A stretch of 20,692 bases of DNA. Source: Candidatus Algichlamydia australiensis (GTDB lineage Bacteria; Chlamydiota; Chlamydiia; Chlamydiales; JAJFMI01). This document shows, piece after piece, positions 7,984 to 16,762 of this stretch (position 1 is the first letter of the stretch; each line of letters begins with the position of its first letter). Location: positions 1-20,692 of the forward strand of contig JAXCHI010000007.1 in the NCBI GenBank assembly GCA_033977065.1, in the 5' to 3' direction. A program made the translations under genes and the position numbers. Below the pieces are notes generated by a model. The model saw only the letters and a list, made by a program, of their open reading frames with translations. It had not been told where the DNA came from and did no database searches.

Positions 7984-10293
7984 TTCTAGTATTTCTATAG
8001 CTCTTTTAACCGATATTCTATCTTCAGGGTATATTTGTAGCAAACCTTTAGTCACTTCAAATATTTTTAAAATTGGAGCATGAAATTGAGTGTCTGTGCT
8101 GCTTGTAAGCTTATTAAAAAAAGAGGCATTTAAAAATCGATCTATTTCCTCTTGGGTTATTTCATTAATATCAGTCTGTAGTTTTGATCTGTCCTTTTGA
8201 TTTAAAGTTTCTGTTTTTACATGTTTATTAAAAACACAATACAGGTAAATATTAAAAAAATGATGATATTCTAACCTTGTGGTTCCGCCACGATTGAGCT
8301 TAATAGGAATTTTTCTAAATAAAATTGATGCAATTACTAGGCCCAATGCCCAAAGATCTCTGGGTTGTCCATTTTTACACTCCTCTCGAACCTTATCTTT
8401 TGCTTCTTCTAATTTTCGCTTATACTCTAACCTGCGAGCACGCATCTGCGTATTTTCATGATAAAGGCCTAAATAAGGCATATAGGAAGATAGCTCAATA
8501 ATACGTAGGGGAGAAAGTCGATACCGTTCAAACCCATTCGAAAAATCTCTAGGACGTTCTTTATTAGGAGCAAGATACGTAGCAGTATATGCTCCTGATA
8601 AGGCACCACTCTGAAATGAAATGTCAGTTAGAACACATTCTTTCTTGCCTGAAGCTGTTTTTCGAAATAATATGTTAGCTAATTTGACATCAAAATGAGA
8701 TACTTTTAAATTTTCTACTTCTAATGCTCCTGATGAGATTGTATGTCTTTTTTTATGCAGAGCTTTTGTTGCATGCAACAAATCTAATACTATTGGAAGA
8801 ACATCTTGATCAGAGATTTTATTATCTTCAATAGCTTCTGATAGAGTCATATCATATCTCGCTTCGAGCCAACTATGTTTTCTAGAAATGACATAAGGAA
8901 CATGCCCCCGCATACCCACAAAGTCCTTCATAAATTCAAACTCTTCCTCATCTGTAATCTTCTTTTTTACCAGTGGTTGGCCTGTGAAGAAAGAATGTGC
9001 AGCTTTAACTTTTTGAAAGGCTCCTGTCGCGATTACTTTTTTTGTCATAAGAATAACATCTTGGCAACATGAACTTGGAATAGTTTTAAAAGGGAATGAA
9101 GACTCTTTAGATCCTTGAAAGAAAAGGCTTAAAGGCGATGTAAGCTTACTAATTATTCTAATTTCCTTTTTAGGGTTTTCTTCGTAAAATGTATAAATCC
9201 TTCTTTTCTCACCTGGAGAAATTTGTACATTCTTCAAAGTGAAAAAATAGAGCCCATTTGGATCTTTTACATTATTGAACAAATGACTCAAATTACGGAG
9301 TAACTCTTCTTTTTTAGTGGACGAAAGACCTGCATCATTTTGTGGAGGCATAATCACAGGAGTTATTTCAGGCTTTGTAAAAAAAGTTCCTTGATCAAGA
9401 GAGGAAGTATTTATTAGAGATGTATACCCAGGAGCAGTGGTTACACCCATTTTCAGAAAAAAGCTATCTAAAATCCGTGAAAACTTTTCAGCAGGTGAAT
9501 TTGCAAAACCATCTTGCTCTGCAATAAAGGCAGCCTTTTCTAATTCTATGTGCTCAACTATTGATTCAAGCATTTCTTTCTCTGTTTGCGACCCAACTTC
9601 TTCTCCGGCTGCTCCTTTAAATTCTTGCAATGCAATTATTTTTTCGAGTCTAGATTTCGCAACTAGCAATCTTTCCTCTAATTTCTCCATTTTTGCTTTT
9701 GCTTTTGCTGTTCTCTCAGCTTCGACTTCTATAATTTTTCGAAGTCTTAAATCGCATGTGTCTAAGTGGTCATCGGGTTTAGAAGATCTAATCCATCTTT
9801 GAGAAAAAATACTTTGCAGTGTTAAAAATTCCCTGCTGAGCTGCTGTGATTCTTTTTCTTCACTGACTCTTTGAAAAAAAGCGTCTTGAACTTTTAAAAA
9901 CTCCTCGAAGTGCTCATCATAAAATTGTTTATTTTCTTCGTAGAATTTTTTTGTTTTAACTGAGAATGATGCGCTAGAAAGATGATTTCCAGTCTCTAAA
10001 TCTAAATAGGCAGAAGAATTTTTCTTTTTTTCTTGGGGAGGAGTTACGTCCAATGCATCAAAGAGAGTGCTTGGTGACTGTAAAGTTGTTTTTTTTCTCA
10101 GCTTAAGAAGAATAATGCTTATACTAGCTAGAGTGATTGCACCAATAAAGTATTTTTTATTTTGAAAAACAAAATTTACAATAGTTTCTACTTTGGTCCA
10201 AAGGTTTTCCCTAGGCACAGGGGAAATGCGATCGACTATTTTAGTCTCGATTGGTGAGTGATTCAAGTTTATTTTGCGCATAATAGAGACCAT
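7978..10293 (-). CDS. Eukaryotic-like Ser/Thr protein kinase-domain protein with N-terminal TM segment and coiled coil
   Basis: C-terminal Hanks motifs ATGAFQKV, LVKKK, HFDVKLANILF, VLTDIS, TATYLAPN, DLWALG, PEDRIS. TM segment YFIGAITLASISIILL. Start may be the ATG at 10281. Confidence 0.8.
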   Translation of the reverse strand: MVSIMRKINLNHSPIETKIVDRISPVPRENLWTKVETIVNFVFQNKKYFIGAITLASISIILLKLRKKTTLQSPSTLFDALDVTPPQEKKKNSSAYLDLETGNHLSSASFSVKTKKFYEENKQFYDEHFEEFLKVQDAFFQRVSEEKESQQLSREFLTLQSIFSQRWIRSSKPDDHLDTCDLRLRKIIEVEAERTAKAKAKMEKLEERLLVAKSRLEKIIALQEFKGAAGEEVGSQTEKEMLESIVEHIELEKAAFIAEQDGFANSPAEKFSRILDSFFLKMGVTTAPGYTSLINTSSLDQGTFFTKPEITPVIMPPQNDAGLSSTKKEELLRNLSHLFNNVKDPNGLYFFTLKNVQISPGEKRRIYTFYEENPKKEIRIISKLTSPLSLFFQGSKESSFPFKTIPSSCCQDVILMTKKVIATGAFQKVKAAHSFFTGQPLVKKKITDEEEFEFMKDFVGMRGHVPYVISRKHSWLEARYDMTLSEAIEDNKISDQDVLPIVLDLLHATKALHKKRHTISSGALEVENLKVSHFDVKLANILFRKTASGKKECVLTDISFQSGALSGAYTATYLAPNKERPRDFSNGFERYRLSPLRIIELSSYMPYLGLYHENTQMRARRLEYKRKLEEAKDKVREECKNGQPRDLWALGLVIASILFRKIPIKLNRGGTTRLEYHHFFNIYLYCVFNKHVKTETLNQKDRSKLQTDINEITQEEIDRFLNASFFNKLTSSTDTQFHAPILKIFEVTKGLLQIYPEDRISVKRAIEILES

Positions 10294-10326
10294 GTTATAC
10301 CCAGGTAGCTTTTTTTACAACTGTAC

Positions 10327-10797
10327 CTAGAGGCGGGAGACACGGGTCCGGCAGTCCGTTGAGCGGTCAGGATGCCAGGGTTGTGGCGGGAGCTCTTCTT
10401 TTTGTGGTTTTTCAGGAAGAAGGACATATTTATGTGTGCTCGACACGTGGTGAAAGCCTCCTATGCATTTTGACTGCTCTTCTACTTTTGAAAGGGGCTC
10501 AAAGTGGGTCACATTATAGTGGTTGATGCTCCCCTCTTTAGCTATTGCTTTAAGCTCCCATAAAGGATAATCCTGATTCTCCCAAAGCTTAACGGCTCGT
10601 TTGTCTTTTTTTTCCACTTCTTTGGAGGAGGTTGTGATGTGCCCATCTTTTTTTTGATTGAAAAAGCGCTTAAATAACTTGCCTGGAAGATGCAAGAAAA
10701 AGTGCCTTCTCTTTTGAGATGGTCTGCGGTTTTCAAAGTTTCTTTTTTCGTCGGTCAGCTTTGCAATGCATGACGCTTTCTTATTAAGATTTCCCAT
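10327..10797 (-). CDS. Hypothetical basic protein, 156 aa
   Basis: ATG-started ORF that fills the gap between malic enzyme and the kinase on the same strand. No recognisable motif. Confidence 0.5.
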   Translation of the reverse strand: MGNLNKKASCIAKLTDEKRNFENRRPSQKRRHFFLHLPGKLFKRFFNQKKDGHITTSSKEVEKKDKRAVKLWENQDYPLWELKAIAKEGSINHYNVTHFEPLSKVEEQSKCIGGFHHVSSTHKYVLLPEKPQKEELPPQPWHPDRSTDCRTRVSRL

Positions 10798-10839
10798 TCT
10801 TGATGAGATCTTAACAAAGTGGTTTTTTAATGCAAAGAA

Positions 10840-12510
10840 TTATTTTTTTCTATGTAGTGGGACGTATTTGGGGAACCAAATGTTTTCTTCTACAGCTTTT
10901 TCTATGTCAGGAAGTTCAGCTGTAGCATGTCCCTGCTTTTTGGCAATCTTAGCTACCTCGATAGCAATTTTGCGTGAGATAGAGCGCAGGTCACTGAAGT
11001 TAGGGAAGAGATTTTTTGTTGGATCTTGCAACATAGGTGACTCTTCACTGATCATTTTTGCTGCTGCAACAAACATTTCAATCGTAACTTTTTTAGACTT
11101 AGCTGCAATCACTCCGAGGCCAACACCAGGAAAGATATAAACGTTGTTGCACTGTCCGATTTGGTAGGTTGTCTCTTGATACGTAACGGGTGGAAATGGA
11201 CTGCCTGTAGCAACAATTGCGTTCCCTTCGGTCCATTTTAAGAGATCTTCTGGTTGAGCTTCTGCTTTTGCTGTGGGATTTGAAAGAGGAAAAATAGCAG
11301 GGCTATTGCAGTGTTTGTACATTTCCCGCACAGCTTCTTCTGTAAAAGCACCCGGTTGTGTTGAAACACCTATAAGAATGGTGGGGTGAGCGTGTTTAGC
11401 TACATCTGTGAGGGTAATATTGTCGGGATTTTCAACTTTCCACTCTGCAATTTTTTGTGCGTCTTGTGCGAACTCTTTTTGCGCAGGGCTCGCCTTTGCG
11501 ATCTTTGTGTGGACAAGACCTTGAATGTCGAGAATATAAAATTTTTCACGGGCCTCTTTTTCGCTTAAGCCTTCGCGAATAAGCACCTGGTAGAGTAGAT
11601 GCGCAATTCCCATTCCAGCGCTTCCCCCGCCTAAAATAGCAATACGCTGCTGTGTAATTTTTTCTCCTTTTTTGCGCACTGCAGCAAAGATGGCTGCTAA
11701 AGCAACAGAAGCTGTTCCTTGAATATCGTCGTTAAAAGAGCAAATTTGCTCTTGGTAACGCTCAAGTAGCGGGAAGGCATTGGGATTTGCAAAATCCTCC
11801 CACTGCAAGAGAACTTTTGGAAAACGTTTTTTAATTGCTTTGACAAAGCGATCGATAAACTCATCATACTCTTTTCCGCGAATCCGCTCGTGGCGGCAAC
11901 CTAAATAGAGAGGGTCGTCAATAAGTGCGGGATTGTTTGTTCCAACATCAAGCAGTACAGGTAAGGTGCGCCCTGGATGAATTCCTCCAAAAAGGGTGTA
12001 AAGGGCAAGTTTTCCAACGGGAATGGTCATTCCCCCAACACCAAGATCACCAAGGCCGAGAATCCTCTCACCATCTGTAACAACGATTACGTCAACTTGA
12101 TCGCGCGGGATTCTTTCTACCATCTCCTCCATGCGATCACGAAGTTGGTAGGAGAAGTAGACGCCACGATTTTGTGAGTAGATGTAGCTGTGATGAACAG
12201 AGGCCTCTCCAACTGTTGGTGTATAGATAAGAGGGAGACACTCTTCAATATGTTCGTATACAAAGCGGTAGTAGAGCGTTTCGTTACGATCTTGCAAGGC
12301 TGAGAGGTAGCGGTATTTACCAAGCATACTGCGCTTTTGGCAAAAATTTTCATAACGGCGTGCGAGTTGCTCCTCGATCGTTGAAATATGGGGAGGTAAG
12401 AGTCCCTCTAAACCGAGTTCACGGCGCTCTTCTGCTGTAAATCCTGTCCCCTTGTTGTAAAGCGGGTGGTATAAAATCGATTGCGGCTCTAAATCTGTTT
12501 CATTGTACAT
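10840..12510 (-). CDS. maeA: NAD-dependent malic enzyme
   Basis: YNKGTGF, LPLIYTPTVG, VVTDGERILGLGDLG, QWEDF, FNDDIQGT, GGGSAGMG, FPLSNPT, QCNNVYIFPG. ATG 12510 (or GTG 12516). Confidence 0.95.
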   Translation of the reverse strand: MYNETDLEPQSILYHPLYNKGTGFTAEERRELGLEGLLPPHISTIEEQLARRYENFCQKRSMLGKYRYLSALQDRNETLYYRFVYEHIEECLPLIYTPTVGEASVHHSYIYSQNRGVYFSYQLRDRMEEMVERIPRDQVDVIVVTDGERILGLGDLGVGGMTIPVGKLALYTLFGGIHPGRTLPVLLDVGTNNPALIDDPLYLGCRHERIRGKEYDEFIDRFVKAIKKRFPKVLLQWEDFANPNAFPLLERYQEQICSFNDDIQGTASVALAAIFAAVRKKGEKITQQRIAILGGGSAGMGIAHLLYQVLIREGLSEKEAREKFYILDIQGLVHTKIAKASPAQKEFAQDAQKIAEWKVENPDNITLTDVAKHAHPTILIGVSTQPGAFTEEAVREMYKHCNSPAIFPLSNPTAKAEAQPEDLLKWTEGNAIVATGSPFPPVTYQETTYQIGQCNNVYIFPGVGLGVIAAKSKKVTIEMFVAAAKMISEESPMLQDPTKNLFPNFSDLRSISRKIAIEVAKIAKKQGHATAELPDIEKAVEENIWFPKYVPLHRKK

Positions 12511-13735
12511 ATTCACTCATAGTAGTAGCGGATTTTCTGCTTGTCAAGCCTCGGCTAATTACAAGAAGCCAGAATAAAAAGATTCCTACTAGTGAGCAAG
12601 AGAGGATCATTCCTGATGGAACGAGTAGAAGAATGAATGAGGCAAAGGCTTTGCTACTGCGGTAGGCAAAAACATCGATGAAGGCTTTCGCTTTAAATTT
12701 TTCTTCCACTTTCAGCGGCACGTAAAGCATCTCTTTTAAAATTGTGAAGAGCGAATAATCAAATGACTTGATCATTCCGTAGTTGTATGAAAGAAGAGCA
12801 AAATTGGGACTAAAGAGGTAGCTTATTGAACCAAGTCCTAAAATGGTAGGGATCATAAGATGAGCGCGTCGCAGTCCGATAAAGTGCACAACGAGGTAAC
12901 TTCCAGCAAATTGTAAAAAAGTGTTAATGGTGTGTACAACGCTAAAGAGCTTACCAAGATAGGCTGTTCGAAGATCTTGAAGAGGAATTTGCAACTGAAG
13001 ATTTTGATGAAATTGAAACTCTAAAAGCGTGGCACTTACTTGCATACAGACAACTAAAATCAAAATCACTTGTAGCGTTTTAGAGCGTTTTATTAACCCC
13101 AATCCCCCACCGCTATCTTTATGGTCTGAAGGTGTGAAATTACCACGCATTCGTAAAGCAATGCCATAACAAATTGTGAGCAGAACAGCAAAAGCTGGAG
13201 CAATGAAAAGAAGTTTTTCCGAACCGTAACGCACAGATAAAAATCCGGGAATAAGGCTTGCTAAAGCAGCACCAATTCCTCCTACTCCAAAGAAAATGCC
13301 ATAGAGATATTTTGCACGATTTTGAGGAAAAGTAGCGTGAATAACAGACCAGAGTTGCTGAAAGAGCAGCATTATATAAATATCTTTAAAAATGTAGAGG
13401 AGAAAGGGCAGCCATACAATTTTAGCTAAAAATAAAGCTGAAAAAGAAAATACAAAGATTGAAAAAATTGTTGAGAAAAGAAGTGTGCGAAAGCAGCCCA
13501 GCTTAAATACAAAACGATTGTATAAAGAGACAACAAAAAAATTAACAGGAATAGCAATCAACCAGACAAGTGGGAAGAGCTTAGCTCCATAGGTAGCGAT
13601 AAAAAGAGAGTGTGAAATAGGTTTTACGACAGCATACTCTGCTGTGATAAAGAACCCACAGAGCATTGCGAAAAGAACGAAAAGTCGCTCTTTAACTGAA
13701 TAGCCTAATAATTCATTTTTTATTTTAGCAAACAC
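12500..13735 (-). CDS. TLC/NTT (Npt) family nucleotide transporter, short divergent type
   Basis: About 12 TM segments; LWS..HATF...RAKYLYG, KSFDYSLF...KEMLYVPL..EEKFKAKAFIDVFAYRSSKA signature. GTG start. Confidence 0.85.
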   Translation of the reverse strand: MFAKIKNELLGYSVKERLFVLFAMLCGFFITAEYAVVKPISHSLFIATYGAKLFPLVWLIAIPVNFFVVSLYNRFVFKLGCFRTLLFSTIFSIFVFSFSALFLAKIVWLPFLLYIFKDIYIMLLFQQLWSVIHATFPQNRAKYLYGIFFGVGGIGAALASLIPGFLSVRYGSEKLLFIAPAFAVLLTICYGIALRMRGNFTPSDHKDSGGGLGLIKRSKTLQVILILVVCMQVSATLLEFQFHQNLQLQIPLQDLRTAYLGKLFSVVHTINTFLQFAGSYLVVHFIGLRRAHLMIPTILGLGSISYLFSPNFALLSYNYGMIKSFDYSLFTILKEMLYVPLKVEEKFKAKAFIDVFAYRSSKAFASFILLLVPSGMILSCSLVGIFLFWLLVISRGLTSRKSATTMSEYVQ

Positions 13736-13833
13736 AGACCCATTATACAGGATCTAAACTTTTTTGAGATTCCCTTTGGAAGGACTAGTAAGATGGTTGT
13801 ATGCTTTTGACGACTCTATCTAAATAACTTTTT

Positions 13834-14919
13834 TTAGAACCTTTGGCTCGTGCTATCGGCAGAGCAGTTATTCAGATCTTCCCTTGGTAAATAGGTCCAA
13901 CTGTAGCTAGAAAGAGGAGCAATAGCATTAGAAAAATCAGAGCCCACTCCAATGACCTCTCCTCCTCTTACCACAGGAAAATCCATGACCTGAGGTTTTT
14001 CGGCTCGTGCTAGATTAGAAGGAATAGCTAAAAAACGCTTGCTTCGATCAATAAATGGCGCTGCATGAGGATGGTCTCGCTCTTTCCAAATGAGGGTAAT
14101 GATCCCCATATCGTGCAGATTCACATACTCTTCTGGCTCGTCAGGTACTTTAAGTAAGTGAGCACGCATAAATTCTGCCATATGATAGCCATACGCTTTT
14201 ACAGATGGGTATTGATAAATTCTTTTATGCATAAAGTAGCGCGCTAAAAGCAGGCTTTCACACGCCTCGATCCCAGCAAGCTCCATGCCGATTCTTCCAT
14301 CTGATGTAATCCGAAGCATTTCGATAATTTGCTCATAATCAAAAAGGCCATAAGGCAGACCTGAAGATTTTGCGTCGCGCAGAAGATAGTCGATTCTATC
14401 TGCTCCGAAAAAATCACCTGTGATGATTTCAGTGATCAGAAGATCTAAATCTGAGTAGTGCTCTTTACAATATTTGGGACCCACAGCTGCTTTCACCACA
14501 TCTTTGGGGTCGATCTCAGCATTAGCAAAACACTCACCTAGCATTTCACTCTCAATTAATTTTGCCGTCCAAGCCTCGTGAGAGCTATCGCCCAAAAGAG
14601 CTTTCTCTGCTACATGAGAAAAAGGCAAGTGTCCCAAATCGTGGCAAAGGGCGGCAAAACGAACAACTTTGCGCAAATACTTTAGTTGAGTCTCCTCTTT
14701 CCCTAGAGAATTTGCTAACTGGTCAAAGGAGCGAGTCGCAACCTCCATTGTTCCCAAGCTATGTTCAAAGCGCTTATGCGTGGCACCCGGATAGACAAAA
14801 AGTGCGCAACCTAACTGGTGGATATAGTGGAGCCGCTGAAACGGCAACGAATCGATCAGTCGCAGCTCATCCTGCTCAAGGTGAATAAATCCGTGAACCG
14901 GGTCGTAAATCTTTTTCAT
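13834..14919 (-). CDS. HD-domain phosphohydrolase (SAMHD1-like dNTP triphosphohydrolase family)
   Basis: IYDPVHG, FQRL..IHQLG, YPGATHKRFEHSLG, LCHDLGHLPFSH, ADRIDYLLRD, IYQYP. Confidence 0.9.
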   Translation of the reverse strand: MKKIYDPVHGFIHLEQDELRLIDSLPFQRLHYIHQLGCALFVYPGATHKRFEHSLGTMEVATRSFDQLANSLGKEETQLKYLRKVVRFAALCHDLGHLPFSHVAEKALLGDSSHEAWTAKLIESEMLGECFANAEIDPKDVVKAAVGPKYCKEHYSDLDLLITEIITGDFFGADRIDYLLRDAKSSGLPYGLFDYEQIIEMLRITSDGRIGMELAGIEACESLLLARYFMHKRIYQYPSVKAYGYHMAEFMRAHLLKVPDEPEEYVNLHDMGIITLIWKERDHPHAAPFIDRSKRFLAIPSNLARAEKPQVMDFPVVRGGEVIGVGSDFSNAIAPLSSYSWTYLPREDLNNCSADSTSQRF

Positions 14920-14931
14920 TGAGAAATTTTT

Positions 14932-15095
14932 AAACTCAAGTTCCTACCCTCTTCCCCCCTCTGGAGAAATCCTTTTTGCGACCTGTTTCGTTTAAAATTT
15001 CAGAAATATTCAACAAACATTCCTTTAATTTGAAACAAAACATCTCATCAAAAATCCCTCTCTCCGTAGGAGAAACTGGGTAGCAACTTGAGTTT
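14932..15095. repeat. 164-bp imperfect palindromic element (second MITE-like family)
   Basis: Left end AAACTCAAGTTCCTACCC and right end GGGTAGCAACTTGAGTTT match 17/18 as inverted repeats. Inner complementary blocks: GGAGA/TCTCC, TTTTTG/CAAAAA, TGTTTCGTTTAAAATT/AATTTGAAACAAAACA. Confidence 0.75.
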
Positions 15096-15190
15096 TTTAA
15101 CTATTAATCAAGATTTTACCTGAACTCAAAAAAATTTCCAAACAGAATACTCCTTCTATCAGTTACAGAGAATTTCTCTTTTAGTACAAT

Positions 15191-15245
15191 AACTCATGTT
15201 GCCACCCCCTTCTCCCTCTGAAAAGACTGGGTACCGACTTAAATT
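15191..15245. repeat. Internally deleted, degenerate copy of the 14932-15095 element
   Basis: AACTCATGTTGCCACCCCCTTCTCCCTCTG resembles the left end AACTCAAGTTCCTACCCTCTTCCCCCCTCTG. ACTGGGTACCGACTTAAATT resembles the right end ACTGGGTAGCAACTTGAGTT. Confidence 0.6.
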
Positions 15246-15256
15246 ATGATAGAATC

Positions 15257-15985
15257 ATGGAAAAAATAAGTGTTGTCATTCTAGCAAAAGATAATGAAAA
15301 AACCATTGCAAAAGCGCTCGCTTCTGTAGCATCTTTTGATGAAGTGCTACTCTGTGATACAGGCTCTACTGACGCAACAGTAGAAATTGCAAAAAGGTTT
15401 TCCAATGTGCGAATTATTAGGCGATCTCTTACAAATTTCGGGGCTCTGAGAAATGAAGTAGCGAAAGAAGCGAAAAATGACTGGATCCTCTCTCTTGATA
15501 GCGATGAGGAGCTCTCTAAGGAATTTTCACAGCCTGAGTTTGAATCTTCATTTGTTTACTCCTTCCCCTTTAAAAATTTTTTTCAAGGAAAGTGGATTAA
15601 AGGGTGTGGCTGGTATCCCGATCGCCATGTAAGGCTCTATAACCGCCAAAAAACTGCTTTTTCAAATGTTCATTTACATGAAAAAATTCAAACTAGCGGT
15701 CTACCCGTGAGAAAGTTATCCTATCCTATCCACCACTACTCATACCAAAATACCACGGACTTTTTGACAAAGATGCAGCGCTACTCAGAGCTTTTTGCCA
15801 AACAAAATGCAGGAAAAAAGAGCTCTCTTTTTAAAGCTTTAAAGCATGGCGCTTGGGCTTTTTTCAAAAGTTACATTATTAAGCGCGGATTTTTAGATGG
15901 AAAACAGGGGTACATTATTTCTGCCTACAATGGACAGACTGCTTACTACAAATACTTGAAGCTTGCGGAGCACCAATGCTCTTGA
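15257..15985 (+). CDS. Glycosyltransferase family 2 (KdtX/WaaE-like LPS core glucosyltransferase)
   Basis: ISVVILAKDNE, DTGSTD, NFGALRN, WILSLDSDE, WYPDRHVRLY, GFLDGKQG. Confidence 0.88.
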   Translation: MEKISVVILAKDNEKTIAKALASVASFDEVLLCDTGSTDATVEIAKRFSNVRIIRRSLTNFGALRNEVAKEAKNDWILSLDSDEELSKEFSQPEFESSFVYSFPFKNFFQGKWIKGCGWYPDRHVRLYNRQKTAFSNVHLHEKIQTSGLPVRKLSYPIHHYSYQNTTDFLTKMQRYSELFAKQNAGKKSSLFKALKHGAWAFFKSYIIKRGFLDGKQGYIISAYNGQTAYYKYLKLAEHQCS

Positions 15986-16650
15986 TTCCTGTTTTTCACC
16001 GCGTTGGCAGAGGCAAGTGGGCAACAGAGCTTTCAATCTTAAAAAGGACTCTTTACCACCTCAAACGCTATCCTCATGTGCTACCCGGAGAAAAGCTACA
16101 GCGTGGCTGCAATATTTGCCTAACATTTGATGATGCAACGTGTGATTTTTACTACTTTGTCTACCCCCTTTTAAAAGAGTTGAACCTGCGCGCGTTACTT
16201 GCAGTTCCAACTGCCTATATCTTAGAAAAAAGTGAAGTTTCGTGGGAAGAGCGCCTGGATTTTCAAGATCCTTTTTGCTCAAAAAATCACTTTTGTACTG
16301 CTGAAGAGCTCTATGAAATGGAGAAGTCGGGCCATGTACAACTCGCCTCTCATACTCATACGCATCCCGATCTAACAAAGCTCTCAAATGAAAAAATAGA
16401 AGAAGAACTCACTCTTTCCGCAAAACTTCTTAGAAATCCCAATACCTTGATCTACCCATTTGGAAAAATGGATCGGAAAGTGCAACGCATTGCAAAAAAA
16501 CACTATCCTTACTGCATGCGATTAGGCGGTGGCACCAATTTTTCTTGGAATTCACTCCTCTATCGCATCCCCATGGATGGCGGAGGTCAGCTTCGCCCTA
16601 ATCCCAAACAATTTTTCAATTTTTTCAAAAATCGCTTACGTGCAAGATAG
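15976..16650 (+). CDS. Polysaccharide deacetylase (NodB/CE4 family)
   Basis: FHRV, LTFDD, ASHTHTHPDL, YPFG. Overlaps the GT2 stop by 10 nt. Confidence 0.88.
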   Translation: MLLIPVFHRVGRGKWATELSILKRTLYHLKRYPHVLPGEKLQRGCNICLTFDDATCDFYYFVYPLLKELNLRALLAVPTAYILEKSEVSWEERLDFQDPFCSKNHFCTAEELYEMEKSGHVQLASHTHTHPDLTKLSNEKIEEELTLSAKLLRNPNTLIYPFGKMDRKVQRIAKKHYPYCMRLGGGTNFSWNSLLYRIPMDGGGQLRPNPKQFFNFFKNRLRAR

Positions 16651-16762
16651 GTGCATGGACGAATATAAGAGACTGTATGTGAATTAGATAGCGTCGAGTT
16701 TTTGAATTATTTTGGTTGATTATTGGAGGTCGTTTCCTAAAGCCCATTTTAGAGAATAAAAT

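Noticed and set aside
10349..10356. CGGCAGTC shared with the tRNA-Met 3' end (possible att duplication)
   Set aside because: Only 8 bp, and there is no integrase in the window.
10766..11140. 124-aa plus-strand ORF and similar short ORFs (e.g. 9437-9802, 14562-14888, 16061-16387, 19168-19458)
   Set aside because: Antisense or out-of-frame shadows of well-supported genes.
13834..14919. HD protein as an anti-phage dNTPase
   Set aside because: It sits among metabolic and housekeeping genes with no defence-island neighbours, and nothing in the sequence favours a defence role.
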